44,203 bases of DNA. Origin: a virus. Taxonomy: Duplodnaviria; Caudoviricetes. Below are positions 1 through 8,390 of this stretch, in pieces. The stretch is from positions 1 to 44,203 of the IMG/VR virus record IMGVR_UViG_3300036825_000154, one strand, 5' to 3'. The position numbers and the translations under genes were made by a program. The stretch's first letter is position 1. Each line of letters opens with the position of its first letter. A model generated the notes under the pieces. That model saw only the letters and a program-made list of their open reading frames with translations. It did no database searches and was not told the DNA's origin.

Positions 1-1230
1 ATGGCTATATCAGATAGTTACCTGAAAGCGTGCTTAAACAAAGAGCGTGAGAAAGTGGAGGAGAAGGCCGACCGAGATGGCCTTTGGGTACGCGTGTCCA
101 AAAAAGGCACTGTAACCTTCTTCTACCGATACAGATTCCTCGGAAAACAAGACAAGATGACTCTTGGCAGCTACCCAGCACTTAGCCTCAAAGCTGCACG
201 CGATGATGTTGAAAAATGGGCTTCTGTGCTGGTGGGCGGTGACAATCCAAAAGTTAAGCGTGACCTGGAACGAGGGAAGATCTCCACTCGATATACTTTC
301 GAACAATTATTCCGAGAGTGGCACGGCATAGTATGCATCCAGAAAGGCAATGAGGCTCAGGTACTGCGCTCCTTTGAGATCCATGTATTCCCTCGTCTGG
401 GGAAATACCCGGCGGCTGATATAACAGTGCATAACTGGCTAACCATTTTGGACAATCTGGCTAAAGCCTATTCCGAGGTGACTAGGCGGATCATCAGCAA
501 CGGGAAGCAGTGTTATTCTTGGGCAGTGAAGCGCCAGCTTCTGACAACAAATCCACTATCAGAGCTAACGGGGCGAGATTTTGGTTTGAAAAAAGGGATG
601 GGTAAGCGAACACTTTCGAGAGATGAAATTGCGTTATTTTGGAAGGGGTGTGATGAGTGTCGAATGAGCGAGCGTAACAAGATCATGCTCAAGCTCTGCC
701 TTTTCTATGGTTGCCGTATATCTGAGTTACGGCTGGCCAAGAAACAACATTTCGATTTTGAGGAAGGAGTGTGGACTATTCCGCCCGAAAACCACAAAAC
801 AGGGGCGAAAACTCAACGTGCGATTATGCGACCTATCATCGCGGACATTGTGCCACTTATCAAAAGAGTGATATCACTTGCTGAAGGCGAGTTTTTATTT
901 TCGAGCAAAAAAGATGGGCCTATGGGATCGGGAAACCATCTCAGTCTTCCGGCCAATCTGCGTTTGTTTATGATTAAAGCGTATGACGTGAATGTCCCTC
1001 ATTTCACCGTGCATGACTTGCGCCGCACAGCCCGTACCAACTTTTCCGATCTCACTGACCCACACATTGCTGAGATAATGCTGGGTCACATGCTGCCGGG
1101 GGTGTGGGCTGTGTATGACAAACATACTTATTTAGATGAAATGAGGGTGGCGTATTCGAAGTGGTGGGCAAGGCTGATGAGCATAACTGAGCCTGACGTC
1201 GTTGAGTTCAAACCCCGCTCCGCTGGGTAA
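1..1230 (+). CDS. int: Tyrosine integrase with N-terminal arm-binding domain
   Basis: DGLWVRVSKKG arm domain; GCRISEL, HDLRRT, LGH and VYD catalytic motifs. Confidence 0.96.
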   Translation: MAISDSYLKACLNKEREKVEEKADRDGLWVRVSKKGTVTFFYRYRFLGKQDKMTLGSYPALSLKAARDDVEKWASVLVGGDNPKVKRDLERGKISTRYTFEQLFREWHGIVCIQKGNEAQVLRSFEIHVFPRLGKYPAADITVHNWLTILDNLAKAYSEVTRRIISNGKQCYSWAVKRQLLTTNPLSELTGRDFGLKKGMGKRTLSRDEIALFWKGCDECRMSERNKIMLKLCLFYGCRISELRLAKKQHFDFEEGVWTIPPENHKTGAKTQRAIMRPIIADIVPLIKRVISLAEGEFLFSSKKDGPMGSGNHLSLPANLRLFMIKAYDVNVPHFTVHDLRRTARTNFSDLTDPHIAEIMLGHMLPGVWAVYDKHTYLDEMRVAYSKWWARLMSITEPDVVEFKPRSAG

Positions 1231-1480
1231 ATCTGCCTCTATTGCTACGTACCGCGTGGAGTGATGCCAGCGGCTTATCTCGCTCTATTTTGGTTTCTGC
1301 CTCCTGCCAAGCAATGACCTTATGGCGATACCACTTATTCGGTGCGCCGACCGCAGTTATGTCCGGTTCAGGGAATGGGTTGTTTTCTGGGGTTCTTTTT
1401 CGATATCGTTCGAGAGTTCGTGAAGAGAAGCCCAGTTCACTGCAAATTTTAGATGTTGTCATCCAGCTATGATCGTTCAT
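1208..1480 (-). CDS. xis: Excisionase / MerR-AlpA-like HTH protein
   Basis: WMTTSKIC..LGFSSRTLERY..NPFPEP..NKWY pattern; adjacent to int. Confidence 0.8.
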   Translation of the reverse strand: MNDHSWMTTSKICSELGFSSRTLERYRKRTPENNPFPEPDITAVGAPNKWYRHKVIAWQEAETKIERDKPLASLHAVRSNRGRFTQRSGV

Positions 1481-1491
1481 GATTACCTCTG

Positions 1492-1707
1492 CTATTTCCC
1501 TTCGCGCACCCGATGAACCTCACAGTTAAACCGCAGCCATGCCGGTGGCTGCTTAGGCCAGTAGGGCGCGATTTTCACTGCGTGTTTATCGAGTAGTTGT
1601 CTGAAGGTGAATTTGTTGGTGGGTGAGTCGAATTCGTTTAGAAGTTCTCGGGCTGTACTGCGGAGAAGGTTTTTCTGGATGCTGCCGGTATCAGCGACAG
1701 AATGCAT
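1492..1707 (-). CDS. Phage hypothetical protein (start re-assigned to MHSVAD)
   Basis: ATG 2 nt after the upstream stop; tightly packed operon. Confidence 0.6.
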   Translation of the reverse strand: MHSVADTGSIQKNLLRSTARELLNEFDSPTNKFTFRQLLDKHAVKIAPYWPKQPPAWLRFNCEVHRVREGK

Positions 1708-1708
1708 T

Positions 1709-1891
1709 TTATCTACCCCAATTACGTGCTGCAGCGTTGACACAAAAATCGATGCGGATTTGCACCCACGCAACATCAACCGCCCGAGCTACTTCGAATG
1801 CTTTAAGCCAAATGCTGGACGCATCAGCAAAGTGGCCGCGACGTTCCGCCTCAGCGGCCTGGTGTGCCAAGTTTTTATATCCTAATGTCAT
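1709..1891 (-). CDS. ANR-family (AraC negative regulator-like) small protein
   Basis: Y..LA.QAAEAER.G.F..A...W.KA..A......W...R..FC pattern. Confidence 0.7.
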   Translation of the reverse strand: MTLGYKNLAHQAAEAERRGHFADASSIWLKAFEVARAVDVAWVQIRIDFCVNAAARNWGR

Positions 1892-1906
1892 GATAATGCT
1901 CCGGTG

Positions 1907-2284
1907 TTAGTAGGCTCGCTGGTGGGTTGCAGTAGAAAGCAGTTGGTTGAACCATCGAACTCGGTTGATGCAATCAACAACGCACTTCGGCTCATCGTTT
2001 AACCATGCTCGTGGAACAATTTCAGGCTCACGATTGCGGATGCGTGAATAACGTTTGTACTCAGGATCAACGGCAAGAGCTTTTACCAGCCTGCCACTGT
2101 TTTTTGTTTCAATAACATCCACTTTCACAAATCGTGAAGTCGTCATGGACTGCCGGATCGAGGTTACTTTTGTCTCTGTGATGTCAGCATCAGGGAAGTT
2201 CACCTGCAGCAAAGAGATATGCTGCTCTCGGGTGTAGTGCCCACCGTCTTTAATCAGCCATTCAATTATTTCAAAGTTGCTCAT
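1907..2284 (-). CDS. Hypothetical protein
   Basis: ORF in packed minus-strand operon. Confidence 0.65.
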   Translation of the reverse strand: MSNFEIIEWLIKDGGHYTREQHISLLQVNFPDADITETKVTSIRQSMTTSRFVKVDVIETKNSGRLVKALAVDPEYKRYSRIRNREPEIVPRAWLNDEPKCVVDCINRVRWFNQLLSTATHQRAY

Positions 2285-2285
2285 T

Positions 2286-2495
2286 TCAGATCCTTATTTG
2301 GGTGTTATAGCGCTCATGGCTCATCACTTCCCATGAGTGGCCGTTGTCTTTTGAGAGCAGACGCCAGCAACGGGCCACTGGCAGTGTTAAATGGTTGTGT
2401 TGGTAGGTTCGTGCCGGTGTCTTTTTGCCAGCTTTATAGGCGCACAGAACCCCCTCAGCTTTGATGCTGATTCGTTGCGGAATTCGAGGTTTCAT
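2286..2495 (-). CDS. Small basic ParE-like-fold protein
   Basis: LTLPVARCWRLLSKD.G..W.VMSHERYN motif, recalled from phage ParE-like proteins. Confidence 0.55.
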   Translation of the reverse strand: MKPRIPQRISIKAEGVLCAYKAGKKTPARTYQHNHLTLPVARCWRLLSKDNGHSWEVMSHERYNTQIRI

Positions 2496-2512
2496 TTTTA
2501 CCGGTAGGAAGA

Positions 2513-2731
2513 TTATTTTGTTGTTGGTGCCCAGCAGATTTTTTTGATATCTGGGCGACGGACGCGCTCAACTGCCTTTTCTTTTTCCAGCTTCTGTAAC
2601 CGCCGGTGGATGGCTACGCCGGTCATTCCTTTGAAGCCTGCACAGCGTAGAAGGTTAGCGACTGAATCAGGAGTAGAACCGGTTGTGCTGAGCCTTTCGA
2701 GTATTTCGTTATCGTCTGGCATTAACTGCAA
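2513..2731 (-). CDS. Small winged-helix-like protein
   Basis: EILERL...STPDSVANLLR...IHRRLQKLEKEKAVER wHTH-like pattern. Confidence 0.55.
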   Translation of the reverse strand: MQLMPDDNEILERLSTTGSTPDSVANLLRCAGFKGMTGVAIHRRLQKLEKEKAVERVRRPDIKKICWAPTTK

Positions 2732-2744
2732 TTTATTGTTCCTC

Positions 2745-3002
2745 TTAAGTTAATTTGAAATCGTCATCAAATGCAGTAAACCCACTTTCTGCTCTTTTCA
2801 TTGCGAAAATGAAATCGATACCTTCAGCCAGGGACGTGGGGCGCTCTAAGCCGAATATGAACGCATCGTGATATGTTCGACCGAGCCAGTATCCGCCGCC
2901 GTACTCCTTGAGTCGCTGAAAGAAAACCCAACGTCCTTCTCTGATATAAGTGATTGTTTCACCGCGATAGACGACGTCAAAGCCGAGGTCTTTTGAACCC
3001 AT
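2745..3002 (-). CDS. Phage hypothetical protein under predicted LexA control (start MGSKDL)
   Basis: GGTGA SD before ATG at 3002; SOS box 19-38 nt upstream. Confidence 0.75.
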   Translation of the reverse strand: MGSKDLGFDVVYRGETITYIREGRWVFFQRLKEYGGGYWLGRTYHDAFIFGLERPTSLAEGIDFIFAMKRAESGFTAFDDDFKLT

Positions 3003-3020
3003 GATATTCACCATTAAAAA

Positions 3021-3064
3021 TACTGTGTATGTATACAGTATAATTAAGAGTGAACGGGAGTCAA
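3021..3064 (-). promoter_or_regulatory. Sigma70 promoter overlapped by a LexA (SOS) box
   Basis: TACTGTGTATGTATACAGTA at 3021-3040 (CTGT-N8-ACAG); TTGACT-16nt-TATACT on the minus strand with the -10 overlapping the box. Confidence 0.85.
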
Positions 3065-3558
3065 TTCCCACCCTCCGGCGCTGCTGCCAGCATTGCGCGA
3101 GCCTGCCATGCTAACCATGCGGCGTTTTTCGCAGGAATCCCCGCAATTGGCAGATTATCTTCGTTATTCCAGGCATTGAAAGCTGCTCGCTCATCCGGCA
3201 CTACTGGCGCACGTGTAAGCTCTGGGTTTACAGCTGGCGCTGGCGGGGCGGTGTAGACAATACGATATTGGTTTTTACAGAAGTCGTCGTATGTATCGCG
3301 CCAGATTCGCTCATCAGCATCGTACCAACCGTCATCATCCCAAATTTGATATATTGGAGTTGCTGCCACCGCCTGCGCCTCCCGGTTAGCCGCCCGTACC
3401 ATATCGATCAACTTGCGGATTGTTGCGCCTGTGCCGCCAATATCTTCCAGTTTGCAAAGCAATTCGAAGCTGGCATCCTGGTCATCGCCTGTAGCCTCTG
3501 CGTGCACTGCAGCTTCATAAATTTCCTGCATCGCCTGAGCCGTTAGTGTCTGTGTCAT
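3061..3558 (-). CDS. Eaa/Ead-like mosaic early protein
   Basis: VYTAPPAP and AAWLAWQARA..AAAPEGG motifs typical of lambdoid early accessory genes. Confidence 0.6.
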   Translation of the reverse strand: MTQTLTAQAMQEIYEAAVHAEATGDDQDASFELLCKLEDIGGTGATIRKLIDMVRAANREAQAVAATPIYQIWDDDGWYDADERIWRDTYDDFCKNQYRIVYTAPPAPAVNPELTRAPVVPDERAAFNAWNNEDNLPIAGIPAKNAAWLAWQARAMLAAAPEGGN

Positions 3559-3570
3559 CTACCCATCCCC

Positions 3571-3831
3571 TTAACCTGCTGTTGAGTGAACTTGATTAGG
3601 GAAATCGAGAGTGTATCCCCCAAAATCGGCACCAACTATCGACGCTGCTCTGCACCACTCACCGCCGTTTTGTTCCTGCTCGTTATCGATATCATCTGTA
3701 CGCGTGGCGTCGATAACACCGATAAATGCATCGCCGACAGTGTAGAACCCCAACCTGTTTGAAGGGCAGCGGTTCAGCACCTCCTGAAACTCTTCCAGCC
3801 ATTTCTTTTCTGCTTTGGTTAGCTTTGCCAT
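3571..3831 (-). CDS. Phage hypothetical protein (start MAKLTK)
   Basis: Start overlaps the upstream stop; GAGGTGA SD. Confidence 0.65.
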   Translation of the reverse strand: MAKLTKAEKKWLEEFQEVLNRCPSNRLGFYTVGDAFIGVIDATRTDDIDNEQEQNGGEWCRAASIVGADFGGYTLDFPNQVHSTAG

Positions 3832-4040
3832 CACTTCACCTCTGACTTTTTGCATGATGCGAAAACTTGGCGGGCGGCAGTTTTGCAATTTTCGCAAGTT
3901 ACATCGCCTTCAAATTCTGCTGTCCAGTTACCAGCATCACACCATCCGCAAAGCGTCGTATGGGTGTTAGCTCCCGGAAGGTGGTTCAGGCCATCCCCTT
4001 CATCCACTGCGCTATCAAGCATCGTAATAACGGTTGCCAT
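3831..4040 (-). CDS. Small Cys/His-rich, possibly Zn-binding protein
   Basis: H..TLCG...VTC..C pattern. Confidence 0.55.
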   Translation of the reverse strand: MATVITMLDSAVDEGDGLNHLPGANTHTTLCGWCDAGNWTAEFEGDVTCENCKTAARQVFASCKKSEVK

Positions 4041-4042
4041 AG

Positions 4043-4417
4043 CTACTCATCCCCCACGACGTTGAACCCTGCCAGCCGAACGGCACGTTTAGCCAGAGTA
4101 ATGGCATCCTCGAACGCTTTTTCTTGTTCCGTCCAATAGCCATTGGTTTTCGGCAACCGCACCGGCGTAGCCAGCTTGGCGCGTAGGCGACCGACAGTGA
4201 GCGCCAGACTTTCGTTCTCTGCATCACGTTCTTTCGCATACTGCTTATAGCTCTCCAGCTCTGCCAGCAGGGCGGATACGTAATCTTGCGAGTAGAGTGG
4301 CTGGAAATCGTGACGACCATACAGATTGGCTTTTTTGGTTATCGATGCGTGATCAACGTCGTTGGCGTCTTTGAATGCCCACGCAACCGGCTTGCTCAGT
4401 TCGCTCAGCTTATTCAT
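4043..4417 (-). CDS. Ead/Ea22-like protein
   Basis: KPVAW...PLYSQDYVSALLAELE coiled coil...PVRLP. Confidence 0.6.
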   Translation of the reverse strand: MNKLSELSKPVAWAFKDANDVDHASITKKANLYGRHDFQPLYSQDYVSALLAELESYKQYAKERDAENESLALTVGRLRAKLATPVRLPKTNGYWTEQEKAFEDAITLAKRAVRLAGFNVVGDE

Positions 4418-4643
4418 GGGTTTTCCCTTCGATAATGGCGATGCTCAGCACGATTTCACGTCCATCTTTCAGCTCATAAACCTTGCTTTTTTTCGTGTGG
4501 TACAGATGCTCCGCAACCGCCGCGCACGCCATATCGGTGACGTCTGTTTTTTGCCCAACCCACTGGCACTTGTCGGTGTTCAGCGTGCCGTAAAAAATAG
4601 AACCGCTCAGCGGGCTGGCGCCCATCGTTTTTACTTTGCTCAT
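4410..4643 (-). CDS. Conserved phage hypothetical protein
   Basis: GASPLSGSIF.G....W.G.K.DVT..A..AVAEHL motif. Confidence 0.65.
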   Translation of the reverse strand: MSKVKTMGASPLSGSIFYGTLNTDKCQWVGQKTDVTDMACAAVAEHLYHTKKSKVYELKDGREIVLSIAIIEGKTHE

Positions 4644-4669
4644 GATGCTTTCTCCTGGGCTTCAGCCCG

Positions 4670-5425
4670 TCAAACTTCTAGCGAGAGCTGAGGCGTAAAC
4701 CTTTCAGCCTCATCGTTGTATTCCAGCGCACCCTGACTGTTGAAAGCCTCTATGCGCTCAGCTATGACTGCGGCGCGGGTTTCTTTCGATGCCGGTGAAT
4801 AGGTTCCTTGCCATTTCTTATCGATGCCAATATTTCGCGCTACATTTGTGCTATCAGCGCTGGCAAGTGGCAATTTAGTAAATATCAGCGGATTGAGCAT
4901 GCGCAGGCCATGCAGTTTAGTGATCGGCTGGCCGTATGCGTCAACTACATGCCGAATGATGTCTTTCATCCGAGTTACTGCCAGCGTTGGACGCTTTACG
5001 TCATATTCACCACAGCTGCCGATCGCCACTCGCGGATATTCATTGCAAAGCCGAATAAACCGGTCATCGCTTTCGTTCATGTGCCATACAGGCACACCGA
5101 AGAATTTTCCGTGCGGCCACTCGCCAAGCAATACATCGTTCTCCGCTGCGCCCCCGTCGATCACATCCGGGATAATCGCAAAGTCGAAGCCGGGGTGATT
5201 CTTCCAGCGCTCCACAAACGCGTAATAATCAGACCAGTCGATTTTGTTTTTCCCTGCCGCTTTCCAAGCACTGAATGCACCGTTATCGATGGCGAATGAC
5301 TGACAAACTTCAGCAGCAAGGCCGAGCTGTCCGTTGTGCACGAAAGAGATAAACGCATGACGCGCCCGCCAAGCCTTCATTGCGCATGTATCTGGAGTAA
5401 TAGGGCCGCCGTGGTAGTGAATCAT
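4670..5425 (-). CDS. tRNA-guanine-transglycosylase-fold protein (DpdA-like)
   Basis: Ordered TGT-barrel motifs DNGAFS, IPDVI, VPVWH, VAIGS, KLHGL, SADST. Confidence 0.65.
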   Translation of the reverse strand: MIHYHGGPITPDTCAMKAWRARHAFISFVHNGQLGLAAEVCQSFAIDNGAFSAWKAAGKNKIDWSDYYAFVERWKNHPGFDFAIIPDVIDGGAAENDVLLGEWPHGKFFGVPVWHMNESDDRFIRLCNEYPRVAIGSCGEYDVKRPTLAVTRMKDIIRHVVDAYGQPITKLHGLRMLNPLIFTKLPLASADSTNVARNIGIDKKWQGTYSPASKETRAAVIAERIEAFNSQGALEYNDEAERFTPQLSLEV

Positions 5426-5610
5426 AAAGCCTCCTCACAACCGCCTAACCTGAGATTCCATGCCTCAACTGCTCCATTAAAATCATCTGCTTGTGCGCCA
5501 CGGGCTCCACACGTGCACTTGATGAACGATATGCCGTAAGAATCTTCATATAACTCTGGTTTCTCACCACTACAAAACGGGCAGGGCTTCAGTTCATTTG
5601 CTGGCATCAC
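5422..5610 (-). CDS. lar: Lar-family restriction alleviation protein
   Basis: ELKPCPFC...C.CGARG...A.EAWN. Confidence 0.8.
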   Translation of the reverse strand: MMPANELKPCPFCSGEKPELYEDSYGISFIKCTCGARGAQADDFNGAVEAWNLRLGGCEEAL

Positions 5611-6217
5611 TACCTCCCACGCGACGAAACTCGATCACCCAGACCCAGGGGTTAGCGTTCCAGCTTTCCTCCCCGTAGATGGAAGCCCACAGCGGCCCGA
5701 ACCAATCAATGTTGAAATGCTTGGTGCCACCCTCGGCGATAGCATCTGCCTCGCTGATATCCTGCAACCGCTCGACACGCACGGCGGTGATTTCCAGCAT
5801 GATTCTACTGGCCCAACGCGGCATGTGGATTGATGGTTTCCATCCGTAGCGCAGGTTGTCGTCTGCGTCGTAATATTCCGGAGCCATGCCGCCATCAGCG
5901 CGATACTCGCAGAATTCCGGGTGCTCAAATTTGGATGTGTCTTCGAGATAGGCCTCCATCTGGTCGAAGTTGAACAGCGGCCCTTGATATGCTTCCCGTA
6001 CCCACAGCCGATCGCCTACCTGGCCGAATGGGCACAACCCGTACATGGGCGCATCCATGACGTGCGTATAAATCCCGTCTTTGGTTTTGGTTTGCTTCTG
6101 CAGTGGAATACAGTTATCAGCGCCGACATTGGCTATAACCCGGCGCGTCTGGGTCTTGCGGCCTGATAAAATTGCTCTCACCATCTCACCGTTAAAAATC
6201 ACTGGGCGCTCTTTCAT
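5594..6217 (-). CDS. ASCH/PUA-like phage protein
   Basis: MVRAILSGRKTQTRR, GDRLWVRE, W.PSIHMPRWASRI, NPWVWVIEF. Confidence 0.8.
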   Translation of the reverse strand: MKERPVIFNGEMVRAILSGRKTQTRRVIANVGADNCIPLQKQTKTKDGIYTHVMDAPMYGLCPFGQVGDRLWVREAYQGPLFNFDQMEAYLEDTSKFEHPEFCEYRADGGMAPEYYDADDNLRYGWKPSIHMPRWASRIMLEITAVRVERLQDISEADAIAEGGTKHFNIDWFGPLWASIYGEESWNANPWVWVIEFRRVGGSDASK

Positions 6218-6468
6218 TTGGCCTCCCGCAGCTCACGCGTTAACTGAGGAATGAACGCCCCTTTGTAATTGATTAGGCGGTCAATCCAATAACTAGAGCT
6301 TTTATCGTTGGCATTGATCCGCTTTGCCAATTCATCACATAGCTCGAAAGGTAGGCTGTATGTAGGGACTATTTGGGCCATCCCAGCCATTTTTTCACCG
6401 AATGATTGGGAGAGCTTGAGCGCATAGCATTTGTGAATAATCGAACGAGTTACGGTTACGTTGCTCAT
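6214..6468 (-). CDS. Hypothetical protein flanked by 17-bp near-direct repeats
   Basis: ATGA overlaps on both sides. Confidence 0.6.
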   Translation of the reverse strand: MSNVTVTRSIIHKCYALKLSQSFGEKMAGMAQIVPTYSLPFELCDELAKRINANDKSSSYWIDRLINYKGAFIPQLTRELREAK

Positions 6469-6935
6469 TTTGCCTCCCGCATCTGCTTGGCCAGCGATTC
6501 AAGCGCCATAACAGGCACGCCAATTTGTCCTGTTCCTTCGAACTTATTTAGAAGATGAGCGATGGCCTTCTCAACTCCCCGCGCTTCGATAGCTGCAAGG
6601 GCGACGTCAGTTTCTTTTGCATCTGAAATCCACATTTCAATTTCTTCCGCTGGCTGATTCGCAAAGTCCCATGAATATAGAATTTCAGGCCCTGCATCTT
6701 GAGCTATTAACGCCGTCGTATAGATACAACGCAGTCCTTCAATCAGCGCCGCATTCTCCACAGCCAGGGCATCGCGCTCAGCCTTCAAAGCTGCGATGTA
6801 ACCATCACGCTCGCACACAACGGCACTGAAAAACTCTTTTGCGGACTTATCAGCATTGCCGGTGAAGATGATCGGCCCCCCGTCGGAGGGGATAATTAAC
6901 CAAGGCTTTGCATTAGAGTTAAGGCACTTAATCAT
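6465..6935 (-). CDS. Ead/Ea22-like mosaic protein
   Basis: RDALAVENAAL and ETD.ALAAIEARGVE motifs. Confidence 0.6.
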   Translation of the reverse strand: MIKCLNSNAKPWLIIPSDGGPIIFTGNADKSAKEFFSAVVCERDGYIAALKAERDALAVENAALIEGLRCIYTTALIAQDAGPEILYSWDFANQPAEEIEMWISDAKETDVALAAIEARGVEKAIAHLLNKFEGTGQIGVPVMALESLAKQMREAK

Positions 6936-7761
6936 CGCCAGCTGCCTGTGTGGGGAGTTGTTGCCGATACTCGTTGAGGATCTTGTTTATCTCCTCTCTG
7001 GTTCCCGGCGAGAGCAGTAACACGTCACCTTCTTCCCTGAGCATTGGCGAGGCGTCGTAAAGCAGTTCGCATAATCTGCGTGCGCGAGTGGCGCTAAAGA
7101 CAGTGTTGGCAACTGAGCGCGTAACCCGTTTTTTTCCGATTTTCTTGGCCTTCTCTACGTCAGCAGAAAGGGCTTCACCCGCCTTTGAGCCATGGCTATC
7201 TAAGCGGTCAATTATGACGTCGAGTGATATTTGTTCGGATTTTGCGAGGGTTTGCACGTCGTGACTTGCTTCGATGAAACGAAGTAACTTATTGATATGT
7301 GAAATACTTCTGCTTGTTTTGGTTGCTATTTCTGACGCAGTGAGGTTGAAAGCCAATAGCTTTTTAACGTTATTGGCCTCTTCAAAAAATCGCAGCTTAA
7401 GCCCACGATCGCTACTCATGACTCTCGCTTGCTGGTCAACGTCATTCCCCTTGCATGGGGTTATGTGGATCCAGTCAACAGGTTCACCTTCGCTTTGAAG
7501 CCTTCTGTTAGCCAACGTCCTGCGATGCCCTTCACGAACCCATACACCTCCCTCATCGCGCGGGACAACTTCAATTGCAGGAACTGGCCCAGCATTTTTC
7601 ATGTATTGATAGGTGTCTTCGTTTCCTGCGCGAGTGTACTCATCGTCCTCGCGTGAGTTAAATCCTTCCTGGATGAAGATATTTTTTAGCTGAATATACA
7701 TTCCATCATCGCGGCGCTTGATAGTGCCGTTTTTGATCATCTGCTTAAATGAATTAGCCAT
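6928..7761 (-). CDS. ParB/Srx-like N-terminal domain + HTH DNA-binding protein
   Basis: GFNSRE, VREGHRR ParB motif, EIA...SRS.SHI HTH. Confidence 0.8.
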   Translation of the reverse strand: MANSFKQMIKNGTIKRRDDGMYIQLKNIFIQEGFNSREDDEYTRAGNEDTYQYMKNAGPVPAIEVVPRDEGGVWVREGHRRTLANRRLQSEGEPVDWIHITPCKGNDVDQQARVMSSDRGLKLRFFEEANNVKKLLAFNLTASEIATKTSRSISHINKLLRFIEASHDVQTLAKSEQISLDVIIDRLDSHGSKAGEALSADVEKAKKIGKKRVTRSVANTVFSATRARRLCELLYDASPMLREEGDVLLLSPGTREEINKILNEYRQQLPTQAAGDD

Positions 7762-7764
7762 CAG

Positions 7765-8001
7765 TTATTCAACCTCTCCGTGGATTGTGCTTTCGCTGTG
7801 GTGCTGCAGGCGGCTGCTAGAAGGGTGTGTGATCGCATAAGTCAGGACATATGCTGTGCCGTCTCTAAATCCCGTCCAGCGTGCGCAGGCGCTAACTATT
7901 TGGCCCTGAACATCCTTACCCCGGTGATCGGCGTAATTCACGATGGTGCCAATGTGGTAACGCGGTTCGCAAAGGCTCGGCGGGAGAGGTTTCTTTTCCA
8001 T
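7765..8001 (-). CDS. Hypothetical protein (start MEKKPL)
   Basis: GGAG SD; packed operon. Confidence 0.55.
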   Translation of the reverse strand: MEKKPLPPSLCEPRYHIGTIVNYADHRGKDVQGQIVSACARWTGFRDGTAYVLTYAITHPSSSRLQHHSESTIHGEVE

Positions 8002-8003
8002 GA

Positions 8004-8147
8004 TTAACTCCAGACAGCGCCAGCAGTGAGCAGGCACAAGGTAAAAATGAGCAGGTATAAGAGATGTTTACCGTGGTGACGTTTAGGGGCGAAATCGCCC
8101 CCTGTGAGGTCGTGTTTATGCTGAATACGTGCGTTTAGGCTTACCAT
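8004..8147 (-). CDS. Small membrane protein (start MVSLNA)
   Basis: GGAGG SD; C-terminal hydrophobic helix. Confidence 0.6.
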   Translation of the reverse strand: MVSLNARIQHKHDLTGGDFAPKRHHGKHLLYLLIFTLCLLTAGAVWS

Positions 8148-8359
8148 GCTGGCCTCCGCTGCTGAACATGAAGGCGGCGACGCAGCGTTTTGATTTCGTT
8201 GCGGACTATGTAGAAGCTGGAGCAGGTACCCGCACACACCAAAATGCTGACGTTTTTATATCTACCTCCCTCCCAACGTTGGATAGTCACGAATTTGAGG
8301 CTGGTTCTATCGCGTAGCTTTTGGCAATGCTCGCAAGTGGTTTCAGTAATGGTTTGCAT
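8141..8359 (-). CDS. Zn-ribbon-like hypothetical protein
   Basis: CxxC...CxxxC; GAGAGG SD. Confidence 0.6.
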   Translation of the reverse strand: MQTITETTCEHCQKLRDRTSLKFVTIQRWEGGRYKNVSILVCAGTCSSFYIVRNEIKTLRRRLHVQQRRPAW

Positions 8360-8390
8360 GACATGTCCTCTCAATGAAATTTACATGGTT

